Shown here: positions 28,074 to 37,003 of the stretch, in pieces | Layout: each line of letters opens with the position of its first letter | How positions within the stretch are numbered: position 1 is the first letter of the stretch | Origin: an uncultured Gammaproteobacteria bacterium | GTDB lineage: Bacteria; Pseudomonadota; Gammaproteobacteria; Steroidobacterales; UBA11654 | Assembly (NCBI GenBank): GCA_902634075.1 | Contig: CACPJA010000002.1 | Coordinates: 49,643 to 113,642 of the forward strand | Length of the DNA stretch: 64,000 bases | Direction of reading: 5' to 3' | The notes under the pieces: generated by a model | The model's input: only the letters and a program-made list of their open reading frames with translations | What the model was told of the DNA's origin: nothing | The model's database searches: none | Translations under genes and position numbers: made by a program

Positions 28074-29237
28074 TCAGGATAATATATTAGTTTTTATAAC
28101 GCCGTCTATATTATTAATTTGATTAATAACATCATCAGTTACAGGTGTTTCAATATTTAGTATTGTGTAACCAATATCTTTAAAATTTTTATGTGATAAG
28201 TCATTTATATTAATATTAGCCTTACCAAGTAAAGAGGTGAATTGACCTAACATATTTGGTTTATTTAAATTAGTGATAGTTAGTCGATGCTCGGTATCTC
28301 TAACTAAGCTAACATCAGGAAAATTTACAGAATTAATTATATTTCCATCTTCTATAAAAGAGATCAGACTATTTGCAACCATTAAAGCGCAATTTATCTC
28401 TGCCTCTTTAGTCGAAGCCCCGAGATGAGGCATTAAAAGGACATCTGGGTTTCCTATTAGTTCAAGCTTAGGGAAATCAGTTACATAAGTATCTATCTGA
28501 TCTTTCTCTAAAGCTGAAAGAATAGAGTCTGTATCAACAATCTCTTCTCTCGATAGATTAATAATGGTTGAGCTTTCATTCATTAGGCTGATTTCTTTTG
28601 AGCTTATAAATCCTTTTGTTTGTTTGCTATATGGAATATGGATTGTGAGAATGTCTATATTCTTTAGTAATTCATTTAAATCATCTATTTTTTTAACACC
28701 AGGTACTAAATTAATAGCATTATCTACACTTATCATTGGGTCATAGCCAATAACCTTCATGCCAAGGTCATAACAAGCATTAGCGACTTTGATGCCTATA
28801 GAGCCTAAACCTATAACTCCAATTGTTTTATTTGGTAATTCAAAACCTAAATATTCTCTTTTTGCCGATTCAACTTCAGACTCAAGGTTTTTTGAGTCTT
28901 TTAATGTGTTCACATAATTAATTGCTCTATGAATATTTCTAGCAGAAATAAGAATTGCAGCTAAAACCAACTCCTTAACAGCATTGGCATTAGCACCTGG
29001 TGCATTAAAAACAGGAACTGCCATTTTTGTCATTCTATCTACAGGAATATTATTGACTCCGGATCCTGCTCTCCCGACAGCAAGTAAATTAGGTGAAATT
29101 TCAATCTCATGCATATCGTATGACCTGACTAAAATAGCATCAGGTGATGTAACTTCATCACCAATGTGATAGTTATTACTGTTAAATGACAGCAAACCTT
29201 CATTGGCGATATTATTAAGTTTCAATATTTTGTACAT
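28074..29237 (-). CDS. serA: D-3-phosphoglycerate dehydrogenase (2-hydroxyacid dehydrogenase + C-terminal ACT-like domain)
   Basis: 387 aa. NAD fold GVIGLGSIGIKVA, catalytic region MPHLGASTKEAE, C-terminal regulatory-like tail. Adjacent to serC. Confidence 0.8.
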   Translation of the reverse strand: MYKILKLNNIANEGLLSFNSNNYHIGDEVTSPDAILVRSYDMHEIEISPNLLAVGRAGSGVNNIPVDRMTKMAVPVFNAPGANANAVKELVLAAILISARNIHRAINYVNTLKDSKNLESEVESAKREYLGFELPNKTIGVIGLGSIGIKVANACYDLGMKVIGYDPMISVDNAINLVPGVKKIDDLNELLKNIDILTIHIPYSKQTKGFISSKEISLMNESSTIINLSREEIVDTDSILSALEKDQIDTYVTDFPKLELIGNPDVLLMPHLGASTKEAEINCALMVANSLISFIEDGNIINSVNFPDVSLVRDTEHRLTITNLNKPNMLGQFTSLLGKANININDLSHKNFKDIGYTILNIETPVTDDVINQINNIDGVIKTNILS

Positions 29238-29242
29238 TATTC

Positions 29243-30316
29243 TTACTGTCTACTCTCAAATTTTCTCATAAAGGATATAAGTCTTTCGACACCCTCAATA
29301 GGCATCGAATTGTACACACTTGCCCTCATTCCACCAACAGTTCTATGACCTTTTAGATTATATAGACCTGACTTATTGGCCATAGTTAAGAATTCATCAT
29401 CAAGATTATTGACAGATAATGTGAATGGGATATTGACCCAGGATCTATACTTGGAGTTTACTGGGTTTTGATAAAGGCTAGATTGATCAATATAATCATA
29501 GAGAAGCTGAGACTTTGCTTTATTAGAATCAGCCATTTTTTTTAAACCACCCTGCTTTTCTATCCACTCAAATACTAACCCAGCTACAAACCAAGCAAAA
29601 ACAGGTGATGTATTTAACATAGAGTTATCGTTAGCATGAGCATCATATCTCATTATTGGTGTGAGGTGTTTCGCTTTGTTTTCAATAAAGTCTTTTCGTG
29701 CAAGAACTATTGTAAGACCTGCTATACCAAGATTTTTTTGTGCACCTGCGAATATTAAGTCAAAATTATTTACTTCAATTGGTCTAGTGCATAAAGTTGA
29801 GGACATATCACAAATTAAAGGAGTATTAACATCTAAATATTCATGAATCTCTACGCCATGAACAGTTTCGTTTGCACAATAAAAAAAGTAATCTGAGTCA
29901 GTATTTACATTCCAAGTAGACATCTCAGAAATATTTGTAAAATTGTTCTCTGATGAATCTGAGACAATATTTACATTAATATGATGTTTAGCATAAGCAG
30001 CAGCTTTTTTTGACCATCCTCCAGTAATTAAATAATCAGCTTTCCCGTTATTTGATAGATTCTGAGGGATCATTGTAAATTGATGAGTCGCCCCGCCTTG
30101 GAGAAATAAAACTTCGTAATTGTCCTCGATATTTAAAATTCGCCTAAGTGTTGATTCACATCTTTGTGCATATTCTTTAAATTTTTTACTACGATGACTT
30201 ATCTCTAGAATTGACATTCCACGGTCGAAGTCAATAACCTTGGAAGGTAGTTCATCAAGTATTGATTGTGGGAGAGCTGCAGGTCCTGCAGAAAAGTTAA
30301 AAACTTTTTGAGACAT
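29243..30316 (-). CDS. serC: phosphoserine aminotransferase
   Basis: 357 aa. FNFSAGPAALP N-terminus, PLP-lysine block FAGAQKNLGIAGLT, C-terminal GGMRASVYN. Confidence 0.9.
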   Translation of the reverse strand: MSQKVFNFSAGPAALPQSILDELPSKVIDFDRGMSILEISHRSKKFKEYAQRCESTLRRILNIEDNYEVLFLQGGATHQFTMIPQNLSNNGKADYLITGGWSKKAAAYAKHHINVNIVSDSSENNFTNISEMSTWNVNTDSDYFFYCANETVHGVEIHEYLDVNTPLICDMSSTLCTRPIEVNNFDLIFAGAQKNLGIAGLTIVLARKDFIENKAKHLTPIMRYDAHANDNSMLNTSPVFAWFVAGLVFEWIEKQGGLKKMADSNKAKSQLLYDYIDQSSLYQNPVNSKYRSWVNIPFTLSVNNLDDEFLTMANKSGLYNLKGHRTVGGMRASVYNSMPIEGVERLISFMRKFESRQ

Positions 30317-30318
30317 GA

Positions 30319-32856
30319 TTATTCTTCTGAATCATCATCAGACATAATTTTTTCCATACCTAGGAGTTTATCTTTTTCCGAAAGCCTTATAAGTTTTACT
30401 CCTTGTGTATTACGTCCAATTACAGAGATAGCGTCTATCTTTGTTCGAATTAAATTCCCTGAAGAACTAATGAACATAACTTGATCATTCTCTTGTACTT
30501 GATTTGCACCAATTACATTACCATTGCGTTTAGAAGTCTGTATAGCGATGACGCCTTTTCCACCTCTTCTTTGATTTGAAAATTCATTAACTTTTGTTTG
30601 TTTTCCAAAACCATTTTCAGTTGCTGTCAATATATTCCCTTCGTCTAAAACAATGAGTGATATTAGTTTTTGATTTTTATCGAGCCTCATACCTCTTACG
30701 CCTTGGGATACTCTGCCCATTGGTCTAGCATCTTTCTCATGGAATCTGATAGATTTACCTGAATCAGCAAAGAGCATTATTTCCTTTTTACCGTTTGTGA
30801 TTTCGACATTAACAACTCTGTCTTTATCTTTGAGTTTTATAGCTTTTATGCCACTCTTAATCGGTCTTGAGTATGCCGACAGTTTGGTTTTCTTAACAGT
30901 ACCTTTTTCTGTAGCCATGAAAACATACTGATCATCATCAAATTCTTTCACAGGAAGAACTGCTTGAATTCTCTCGTCATTATCTAAAGGTAGTAAATTG
31001 ACTATTGGACGACCTTTTGCATTTCTTCCGCCTCTTGGTAATCTATAGACCTTAATCCAATAGACTTTCCCATAACTAGAAAAACAAAGAAGCGTATCGT
31101 GAGTATTTGCTACGAAAAGCTTTCTAATAAAGTCTTCGTCCTTAAATGAGGCAGCTCTTTTTCCGGTTCCCCCTCGATTTTGAGCTTGATATACATCAAG
31201 TGATTGTGTTTTAGCATATCCTTCTCTTGATAAAGTAACGATTAAGTCTTCTTCTGGTATAAGATCCTCATCTGTTAAGTCTGAGTAGAATTCGACTATC
31301 TCAGTTCTTCTTTCATCACCAAATTGATTTTTAGTATCTTCAAGTTCATTTTTAATTACTTCGGTTAAAGTATCAGGGTCAGATAAGATCTGAGTAAACT
31401 TTTTAATGTCGTCTAAAAGACCCGTGTATTCATTGTGAATATTTTCTTGTTCAAGACCAGTAAGACGGTTAAGTTTTAAATCAAGAATAGCTTTGGCTTG
31501 CTCATTAGAAAGTCGATACCCTCTTTTTTCAATCCCAAATTTTTCATTTTCATTTATTTTATTTGGAACAGTAGATATATTTCCCGCTTTCTTCAACATT
31601 TGTTTAATTTTTCCAATTTTCCATATTTTTGTTACCAAAGCTTTTTGTGCATCTGCAGGAGTTTTTGATTTTTTAATTAGCTCTATCATTGCATCAATAT
31701 TTGTAAGAGCGATTGTTTGACCTTCTAAAATATGAGCACGGTTAATAGATCTATTAAGTTCATAAATTGTTCTTTTAGTGACAACATCCCTTCTATGAGC
31801 GATAAATGCTTCTAGCATTTCCTTCAGGTTCATTAGTTTCGGTTGACCATTTGCTAGAGCAACCATATTTATTGAAAAGGTGCTTTCTAGAAGTGTTTGT
31901 TTGTATAGGTTATTTAATAAAACATCAGACACTTGACCTTTTTTAAGCTCAATGACGACTCTCATTCCATCCTTATCTGATTCATCTCTAATTTCAGAAA
32001 TGCCCTCTATTTTTTTATCCCTAACTAGTTCAGCAATTTTCTCTATTAGTCGTGCCTTATTAACTTGGTATGGGAGTTCTGAAATAACAATAGATTCTCT
32101 GTCTGAATTTCTTATCTCTTCAATTGCAGTTTTAGCTCTAACATGAACTCTACCTTTACCTGTTTCGTAAGCCGTTTTAATTCCATCAATACCATGTATT
32201 GTCGCAGCTGTTGGAAAATCAGGTGCTGGTATGACTCTGATCAGATCATCTATAGTGCTATTTGGATTGCTCAGCATTAGGAGGCACCCATCAATAACTT
32301 CAGTTAAATTGTGAGGTGGAATATTTGTAGCCATGCCAACAGCTATTCCTGCTGAACCATTTATCAGCAGATTAGGTAATCTTGTTGGAAGAACGCTTGG
32401 TTCAGATTCAGATTCATCATAATTCGGTATAAACTCAACCGTATCCTTATCAATATCAGCTAATAATTCTTGGGTAATCTTTTGCATTCTAACTTCGGTG
32501 TATCTCATTGCAGCTGCTCTATCACCATCAATAGATCCGAAGTTACCCTGTCCATCGACAAGCATATATCTTAGAGAGAAATCTTGTGCCATTCTAACGA
32601 TAGTTTCATAGACGGCGCTGTCACCATGAGGGTGATATTTACCGATAACATCACCAACGATTCTCGCAGATTTTTTGTAAGGCTTAGTATGATCATTGCT
32701 TAAGACTTTCATAGCATATAAAACTCTTCTATGAACCGGTTTTAATCCATCTCTAACATCAGGTAAGGCTCTTCCTACAATTACGCTCATTGCGTAATCA
32801 AGGTAAGATTTCCTCATTTCATCTTCGAGATTTATTTGTGTGATCTTATCAATCAT
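30319..32856 (-). CDS. gyrA: DNA gyrase subunit A
   Basis: 845 aa. [31 protein letters not shown], active-site AAMRYTE, C-terminal beta-pinwheel repeats. Confidence 0.97.
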   Translation of the reverse strand: MIDKITQINLEDEMRKSYLDYAMSVIVGRALPDVRDGLKPVHRRVLYAMKVLSNDHTKPYKKSARIVGDVIGKYHPHGDSAVYETIVRMAQDFSLRYMLVDGQGNFGSIDGDRAAAMRYTEVRMQKITQELLADIDKDTVEFIPNYDESESEPSVLPTRLPNLLINGSAGIAVGMATNIPPHNLTEVIDGCLLMLSNPNSTIDDLIRVIPAPDFPTAATIHGIDGIKTAYETGKGRVHVRAKTAIEEIRNSDRESIVISELPYQVNKARLIEKIAELVRDKKIEGISEIRDESDKDGMRVVIELKKGQVSDVLLNNLYKQTLLESTFSINMVALANGQPKLMNLKEMLEAFIAHRRDVVTKRTIYELNRSINRAHILEGQTIALTNIDAMIELIKKSKTPADAQKALVTKIWKIGKIKQMLKKAGNISTVPNKINENEKFGIEKRGYRLSNEQAKAILDLKLNRLTGLEQENIHNEYTGLLDDIKKFTQILSDPDTLTEVIKNELEDTKNQFGDERRTEIVEFYSDLTDEDLIPEEDLIVTLSREGYAKTQSLDVYQAQNRGGTGKRAASFKDEDFIRKLFVANTHDTLLCFSSYGKVYWIKVYRLPRGGRNAKGRPIVNLLPLDNDERIQAVLPVKEFDDDQYVFMATEKGTVKKTKLSAYSRPIKSGIKAIKLKDKDRVVNVEITNGKKEIMLFADSGKSIRFHEKDARPMGRVSQGVRGMRLDKNQKLISLIVLDEGNILTATENGFGKQTKVNEFSNQRRGGKGVIAIQTSKRNGNVIGANQVQENDQVMFISSSGNLIRTKIDAISVIGRNTQGVKLIRLSEKDKLLGMEKIMSDDDSEE

Positions 32857-32994
32857 TTGATATTTTTTAACTGTCTACGATTAATTTATAATCGATAATT
32901 GTTTATTTAGTTTTAGATGATTATTAAGGGTATAATTTTAACATATTGTAAGCTCATTTATGAGCAATTCACACAGTTGTTTTGAAAGAATTTA

Positions 32995-33708
32995 ATGAAT
33001 ATAAATAAGTCAAACTCAAGCCAAGAAGAGATAAATAAATTTAATGCTTTGGCAAATGAATGGTGGGATCCCAATGGTGGATTCGGATCACTCCATAGCC
33101 TTAATCCACTTAGGTTTGAGTATATTAATAACTCAGCTCCTATTAATAATAAGCTCTGTGCTGATGTGGGCTGTGGTGGAGGAATATTAACTGAATCATT
33201 AGCTGCTGAAGCAAAACATGTTGATGGCATCGATTTAGCTGATAAAGCACTCAGTGTTGCAAAAATTCATCAAGAAATATCTGGTATTAAAAATATTGAC
33301 TATCACTATATTGATATAGAATCTTTTGCTAAAGAAAATCATCAAAAATTTGATATTTTAACATGCATGGAAATGTTAGAACATGTCCCTGACCCTGCAA
33401 AGATCGTCGAATCCTGCTCTTATGCAGTCAAAGACGGTGGAGATCTTTTCTTTTCTACAATCAACAGGAATATAAAGTCTTTTATTATGGCAATTGTTGG
33501 AGCGGAATATGTTTTAAATCTTCTCCCAAAAGGAACTCACGAATACGATTGCTTGATTAAACCATCTGAGCTGGAACAATGGTCTAGAGAATCTGGTTTG
33601 TCATTGATTGACTTGATCGGGGTTAGCTATAACCCCTTGACTAAGGATTTTAATCTTACCGATGATGTGAGTGTTAATTATATGATGCATTTTAAAAAGA
33701 CTGGTTAA
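32995..33708 (+). CDS. ubiG: bifunctional 2-polyprenyl-6-hydroxyphenol / 3-demethylubiquinol O-methyltransferase
   Basis: FNALANEWWDPNG, SAM motif DVGCGGGILTE, MEMLEHVPDP. Divergent from gyrA, as in Pseudomonas. Confidence 0.9.
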   Translation: MNINKSNSSQEEINKFNALANEWWDPNGGFGSLHSLNPLRFEYINNSAPINNKLCADVGCGGGILTESLAAEAKHVDGIDLADKALSVAKIHQEISGIKNIDYHYIDIESFAKENHQKFDILTCMEMLEHVPDPAKIVESCSYAVKDGGDLFFSTINRNIKSFIMAIVGAEYVLNLLPKGTHEYDCLIKPSELEQWSRESGLSLIDLIGVSYNPLTKDFNLTDDVSVNYMMHFKKTG

Positions 33709-34359
33709 ATGGAATCACCATCGTTATTACTATTTGACTTAGATGGAACATTGGTTGATACAGCACCAGAAATGCACTCAGCTTTAAATATTTTACTCAA
33801 AGAGCAAGGTATGAATTCAGTGGAATACAATGATGTAAGACCTTTTGTCTCGCATGGAGTAATGGGTATATTCTCAGTTGTATTTGATGATGATCCCAAG
33901 ATTAATGGAAATCGTTACAATAGATACTTGCGTCTCTATGAAGAGATACTTGGCAGTGAAGCATCTTTATTTGATGGTATCAACATGGTTATCAAACAAT
34001 TAGAAGAAAACAATCATTTGTGGGGCGTAGTTACAAATAAATCACGCCGATTTGCTAAACCCTTATTAGAAAAATTGGGAATTATTGATAAAGCTATTTG
34101 TTTAATCACTAGAGATGACGTTGAATTCGCAAAACCACACCCTCAACCTATCTTAAAGGCTTTAAAGAAAGTTAAACTCAAAGAAGGCCAGCATTGCTTT
34201 TATATTGGTGATTCTTCAAAAGATATCGAATCAGCTAAATCTGCAGGCATAAGATCTATTGCTTGTTCATACGGTTATAGAATGGAAAACGATCACCCAG
34301 AAAAATGGGGTGCGGATTTTTGTGTTGATAAACCAATTGAGATTTTAAATGTTATCTAA
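33709..34359 (+). CDS. HAD-IA phosphatase (phosphoglycolate phosphatase / MupP-like)
   Basis: Motif I LLFDLDGTLVDT, motif II VVTNK, motif IV YIGDSSKDIESA. Occupies the position after ubiG that mupP holds in Pseudomonas (recalled synteny). Confidence 0.75.
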   Translation: MESPSLLLFDLDGTLVDTAPEMHSALNILLKEQGMNSVEYNDVRPFVSHGVMGIFSVVFDDDPKINGNRYNRYLRLYEEILGSEASLFDGINMVIKQLEENNHLWGVVTNKSRRFAKPLLEKLGIIDKAICLITRDDVEFAKPHPQPILKALKKVKLKEGQHCFYIGDSSKDIESAKSAGIRSIACSYGYRMENDHPEKWGADFCVDKPIEILNVI

Positions 34360-35077
34360 CAAAAATCTAAAAGATAAGATTATCCTAATTACTGGGGCAG
34401 GAGATGGAATGGGAAGATCTGCATCGATTGAATATGCCTGTCAAGGAGCTTCTGTAATTTTATTAGGAAAAGATCTAAAGAATCTAGAAGAAACTCACGA
34501 TATTATAATTTCAAAAAATGCGCCTACCCCAATGATTTCGTTATTGGATTTCTCTAAAGCCGATGGTAATGATTATCAAGGACTCGCAGATAACTTGATG
34601 AATAAATATGGACAGTTAGATGGATTACTATTGAACGCTGCAATACTTGGAGATCGTTCACCAATTAGCCAATATGATGTCTCTACATGGGTCAATACGA
34701 TACATGTCAATTTGACTTCACAATTTATTCTTACAAAGTCTTTATTGCCAAGCTTAGAGAAATCTAAAAGTGCCTCAGTAATATTTACAAGTAGTGGTGT
34801 TGGTAAAATTGGTAAAGCCTTCTGGGGAGCTTACTCAGTATCAAAATTTGGAGTTGAAGGTTTATGTCAAATATTATCTGATGAATATCAAAACGATAAG
34901 ACAATTCGATTTAATTGCATTAACCCAGGTGCAATTCAAACTAAAATGAGAAAATTAGCATACCCTCTCGAGGATCCAATAAAACTATTAACACCAGAGG
35001 ATATTTTAGATAAATATGTATGGCTAATGAGTGATAGCAGTAAAGAAATTAATGGTCAGAGTATTGATTGTCAGTAA
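34349..35077 (+). CDS. short-chain dehydrogenase/reductase, YciK-like
   Basis: TGAGDGMGRS cofactor motif, catalytic YSVSK. Third gene of the ubiG-HAD-SDR trio conserved in Pseudomonas (recalled). Confidence 0.8.
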   Translation: MLSNKNLKDKIILITGAGDGMGRSASIEYACQGASVILLGKDLKNLEETHDIIISKNAPTPMISLLDFSKADGNDYQGLADNLMNKYGQLDGLLLNAAILGDRSPISQYDVSTWVNTIHVNLTSQFILTKSLLPSLEKSKSASVIFTSSGVGKIGKAFWGAYSVSKFGVEGLCQILSDEYQNDKTIRFNCINPGAIQTKMRKLAYPLEDPIKLLTPEDILDKYVWLMSDSSKEINGQSIDCQ

Positions 35078-35686
35078 TTAATTAAGCATCGACTTAGGAA
35101 TTGAGCTTTCTTTATTTTGGTTGCTACTTTGATCATCTAATTCTAAATCTAGATTTTTAGGTTCTTTAATATCAGGTAGATCTGGAAGTTCATCTAGTCT
35201 TTCGAGTCCAAAATAGTTAAGAAATTCAGACGTAGTTGAAAACATTGCTGGTTTACCTGGTACATCTCTATATCCAATAATTTTAATCCAATTCCTATCT
35301 GAAAGCGTTCTCATAATACTAGAACTCACAGAAACTCCTCTAATGGCTTCGATATCACCTCGAGTTACAGGCTGTTTATAAGCAATAATTGATAAAGTTT
35401 CCATTAAGGCTCGAGAATATCTAGGTGTTTTTTCAGCAAATATTATATTTAGATAATCATTGATTGATTTTCTGGCCTGAATTCGATATCCACTAGCAAC
35501 TCTCGAAACTTCAATTTCTTTAGATTTATAATCATTCTCTAATCCCTTTATTGAATCTAAAATATCTGCTTTTGTAATGTTTTCTTTGTTGCTTATGATC
35601 TTATATAGCCTGTCTGCAGAGAGAGGCTCATCTGATGATAGTAAAAGAGCTTCTATAGTGTTTTTTAAATTGAAATCTTTCGTCAT
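35078..35686 (-). CDS. scpB: SMC-Scp complex subunit ScpB
   Basis: 202 aa. IEALLLSSDEPLS N-terminus and tandem winged-helix pattern (ETLSIIAYKQPVTRGDIEAIRGV). Overlaps the scpA stop by 1 nt. Confidence 0.85.
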   Translation of the reverse strand: MTKDFNLKNTIEALLLSSDEPLSADRLYKIISNKENITKADILDSIKGLENDYKSKEIEVSRVASGYRIQARKSINDYLNIIFAEKTPRYSRALMETLSIIAYKQPVTRGDIEAIRGVSVSSSIMRTLSDRNWIKIIGYRDVPGKPAMFSTTSEFLNYFGLERLDELPDLPDIKEPKNLDLELDDQSSNQNKESSIPKSMLN

Positions 35687-36498
35687 TATTTTTCTATCAA
35701 TGTTTTCACATGTATTGTACCAAATTCTTCTGCCTGGACGATTTCTATAAGTAGCTCTTTCATTAGTTCTAGAATGGCAAGAAAAGTTACCACTAAACCA
35801 ATTTTTTGTTCCTTTAAATCAAACAGGTCCTCAAATCTCACAAAATCCTCATTTTCTATTTTTTCTAGAATCTTTATCATTCGTTCTTTAACAGACAAAG
35901 GTTCTTTTGTGAAATGAAGTGTTGAGAACATTTCGGCTTTTTTAAGAACCTCTTGAAAAGAGATGACTAGTTCCTTCAATTGGATATCTGGCAGAACTAG
36001 CGGTTGTTCAAACTGCGCTGTTTCAACAGATGAAGGGTATATATCTCTTTCAACTCTATCTAATTCATTGATTTCCTCAGAGACTTTTCTGTATCTTTCA
36101 TATTCTAAAAGTCGCCTGACAAGTTCAGCTCTAGGATCTTCTTCATCTTCAATTTCCTCAAAGATCGGAAGCAACAATCTGGATTTTATTTCTGCAAGCA
36201 TTGCTGCCATTAACAAGTATTCACCAGCTAATTCGAGTTCTAGTTCTTTCATTAGATTAATGTAATCGACATATTGTTGTGTTATATCCGCAATAGGTAT
36301 ATCAAGTATGTCAAGATTTTGTTTTCTAATTAAATAAAGTAATAGATCTAGAGGACCTTCAAATGCATCTAGGAAGACTTGTAATGCAACAGGTGGAATA
36401 TATAAATCTTTAGGCAATTCAGTGATTTGTTCGCCGTCAACTATAGCAAAAGGCATTTCACTTTGTTGTGGCTTATTGCGATCTTTTATTGTTTTCAT
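35686..36498 (-). CDS. scpA: segregation and condensation protein A (kleisin)
   Basis: 270 aa. Kleisin N-terminal motif FEGPLDLLLYLIRKQNLDILDIPIADITQQY and a C-terminal winged helix. Confidence 0.85.
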   Translation of the reverse strand: MKTIKDRNKPQQSEMPFAIVDGEQITELPKDLYIPPVALQVFLDAFEGPLDLLLYLIRKQNLDILDIPIADITQQYVDYINLMKELELELAGEYLLMAAMLAEIKSRLLLPIFEEIEDEEDPRAELVRRLLEYERYRKVSEEINELDRVERDIYPSSVETAQFEQPLVLPDIQLKELVISFQEVLKKAEMFSTLHFTKEPLSVKERMIKILEKIENEDFVRFEDLFDLKEQKIGLVVTFLAILELMKELLIEIVQAEEFGTIHVKTLIEK

Positions 36499-36503
36499 TA
36501 AAG

Positions 36504-37001
36504 TTAAACAAACTCTTTATTGTGAGTTTCTTTGGTAAAGGAGCTGTCATCTATTATTTTTCCATTGATAATAGAGTTAATTTCATTAATATCTTTTTTC
36601 ATATTTTCATAATGTCGTTTATCATCGATTTCATAGCTAGATACAAAAAAGAAAGTAAACCCTAAAATACTTTGATCATCTTTGAAGTAACCAGGCTCTT
36701 TCAGATTAGCTACAAAGTAAGATAAGTCATCTGCTATTTTTTTTTCAAATATGCCTTTATTATTTAGTCTTATTCCCTTAGGTTGAAATAACTTAATAGC
36801 ATCCACTAAGGTTATAGTTTCGTCTTCAAGTGACAATCTCATGGTTATAACTTTATTTTTACCAACCTTATTTTCATTTATTACGAACTTTTCATTTATA
36901 TTTAATTGATTTTGATGATTAGTTCGTTTTCTTTTTTCGTAAATTAACAGGGAAATAAGAACTGTAAAAACCACAGTTAATAATATCCATGCATTTTCCA
37001 T
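36504..37001 (-). CDS. zipA: minimal ZipA-like cell-division protein (TM anchor + FtsZ-binding-like domain)
   Basis: 165 aa. N-terminal TM helix (AWILLTVVFTVLISLLIY). The C-terminal region aligns by eye with the recalled E. coli ZipA FtsZ-binding domain: YFVANLKEPGYF vs FSLANMVKPGTF, and GFTFFFVSSYEIDD...INGKIIDD vs GVTIFMQVPSYGDE...VGGVVLDD. It holds the position after smc that zipA has in Pseudomonas. Confidence 0.55.
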   Translation of the reverse strand: MENAWILLTVVFTVLISLLIYEKRKRTNHQNQLNINEKFVINENKVGKNKVITMRLSLEDETITLVDAIKLFQPKGIRLNNKGIFEKKIADDLSYFVANLKEPGYFKDDQSILGFTFFFVSSYEIDDKRHYENMKKDINEINSIINGKIIDDSSFTKETHNKEFV

Positions 37002-37003
37002 AA

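Noticed and set aside
32878-32894. An inverted repeat CGATTA-ATTTA-TAATCG lies in the gyrA-ubiG divergent promoter region.
   Set aside because: The arms are only 6 bp and AT-rich, so the repeat is easily produced by chance in this composition. It resembles no binding site I recognise.
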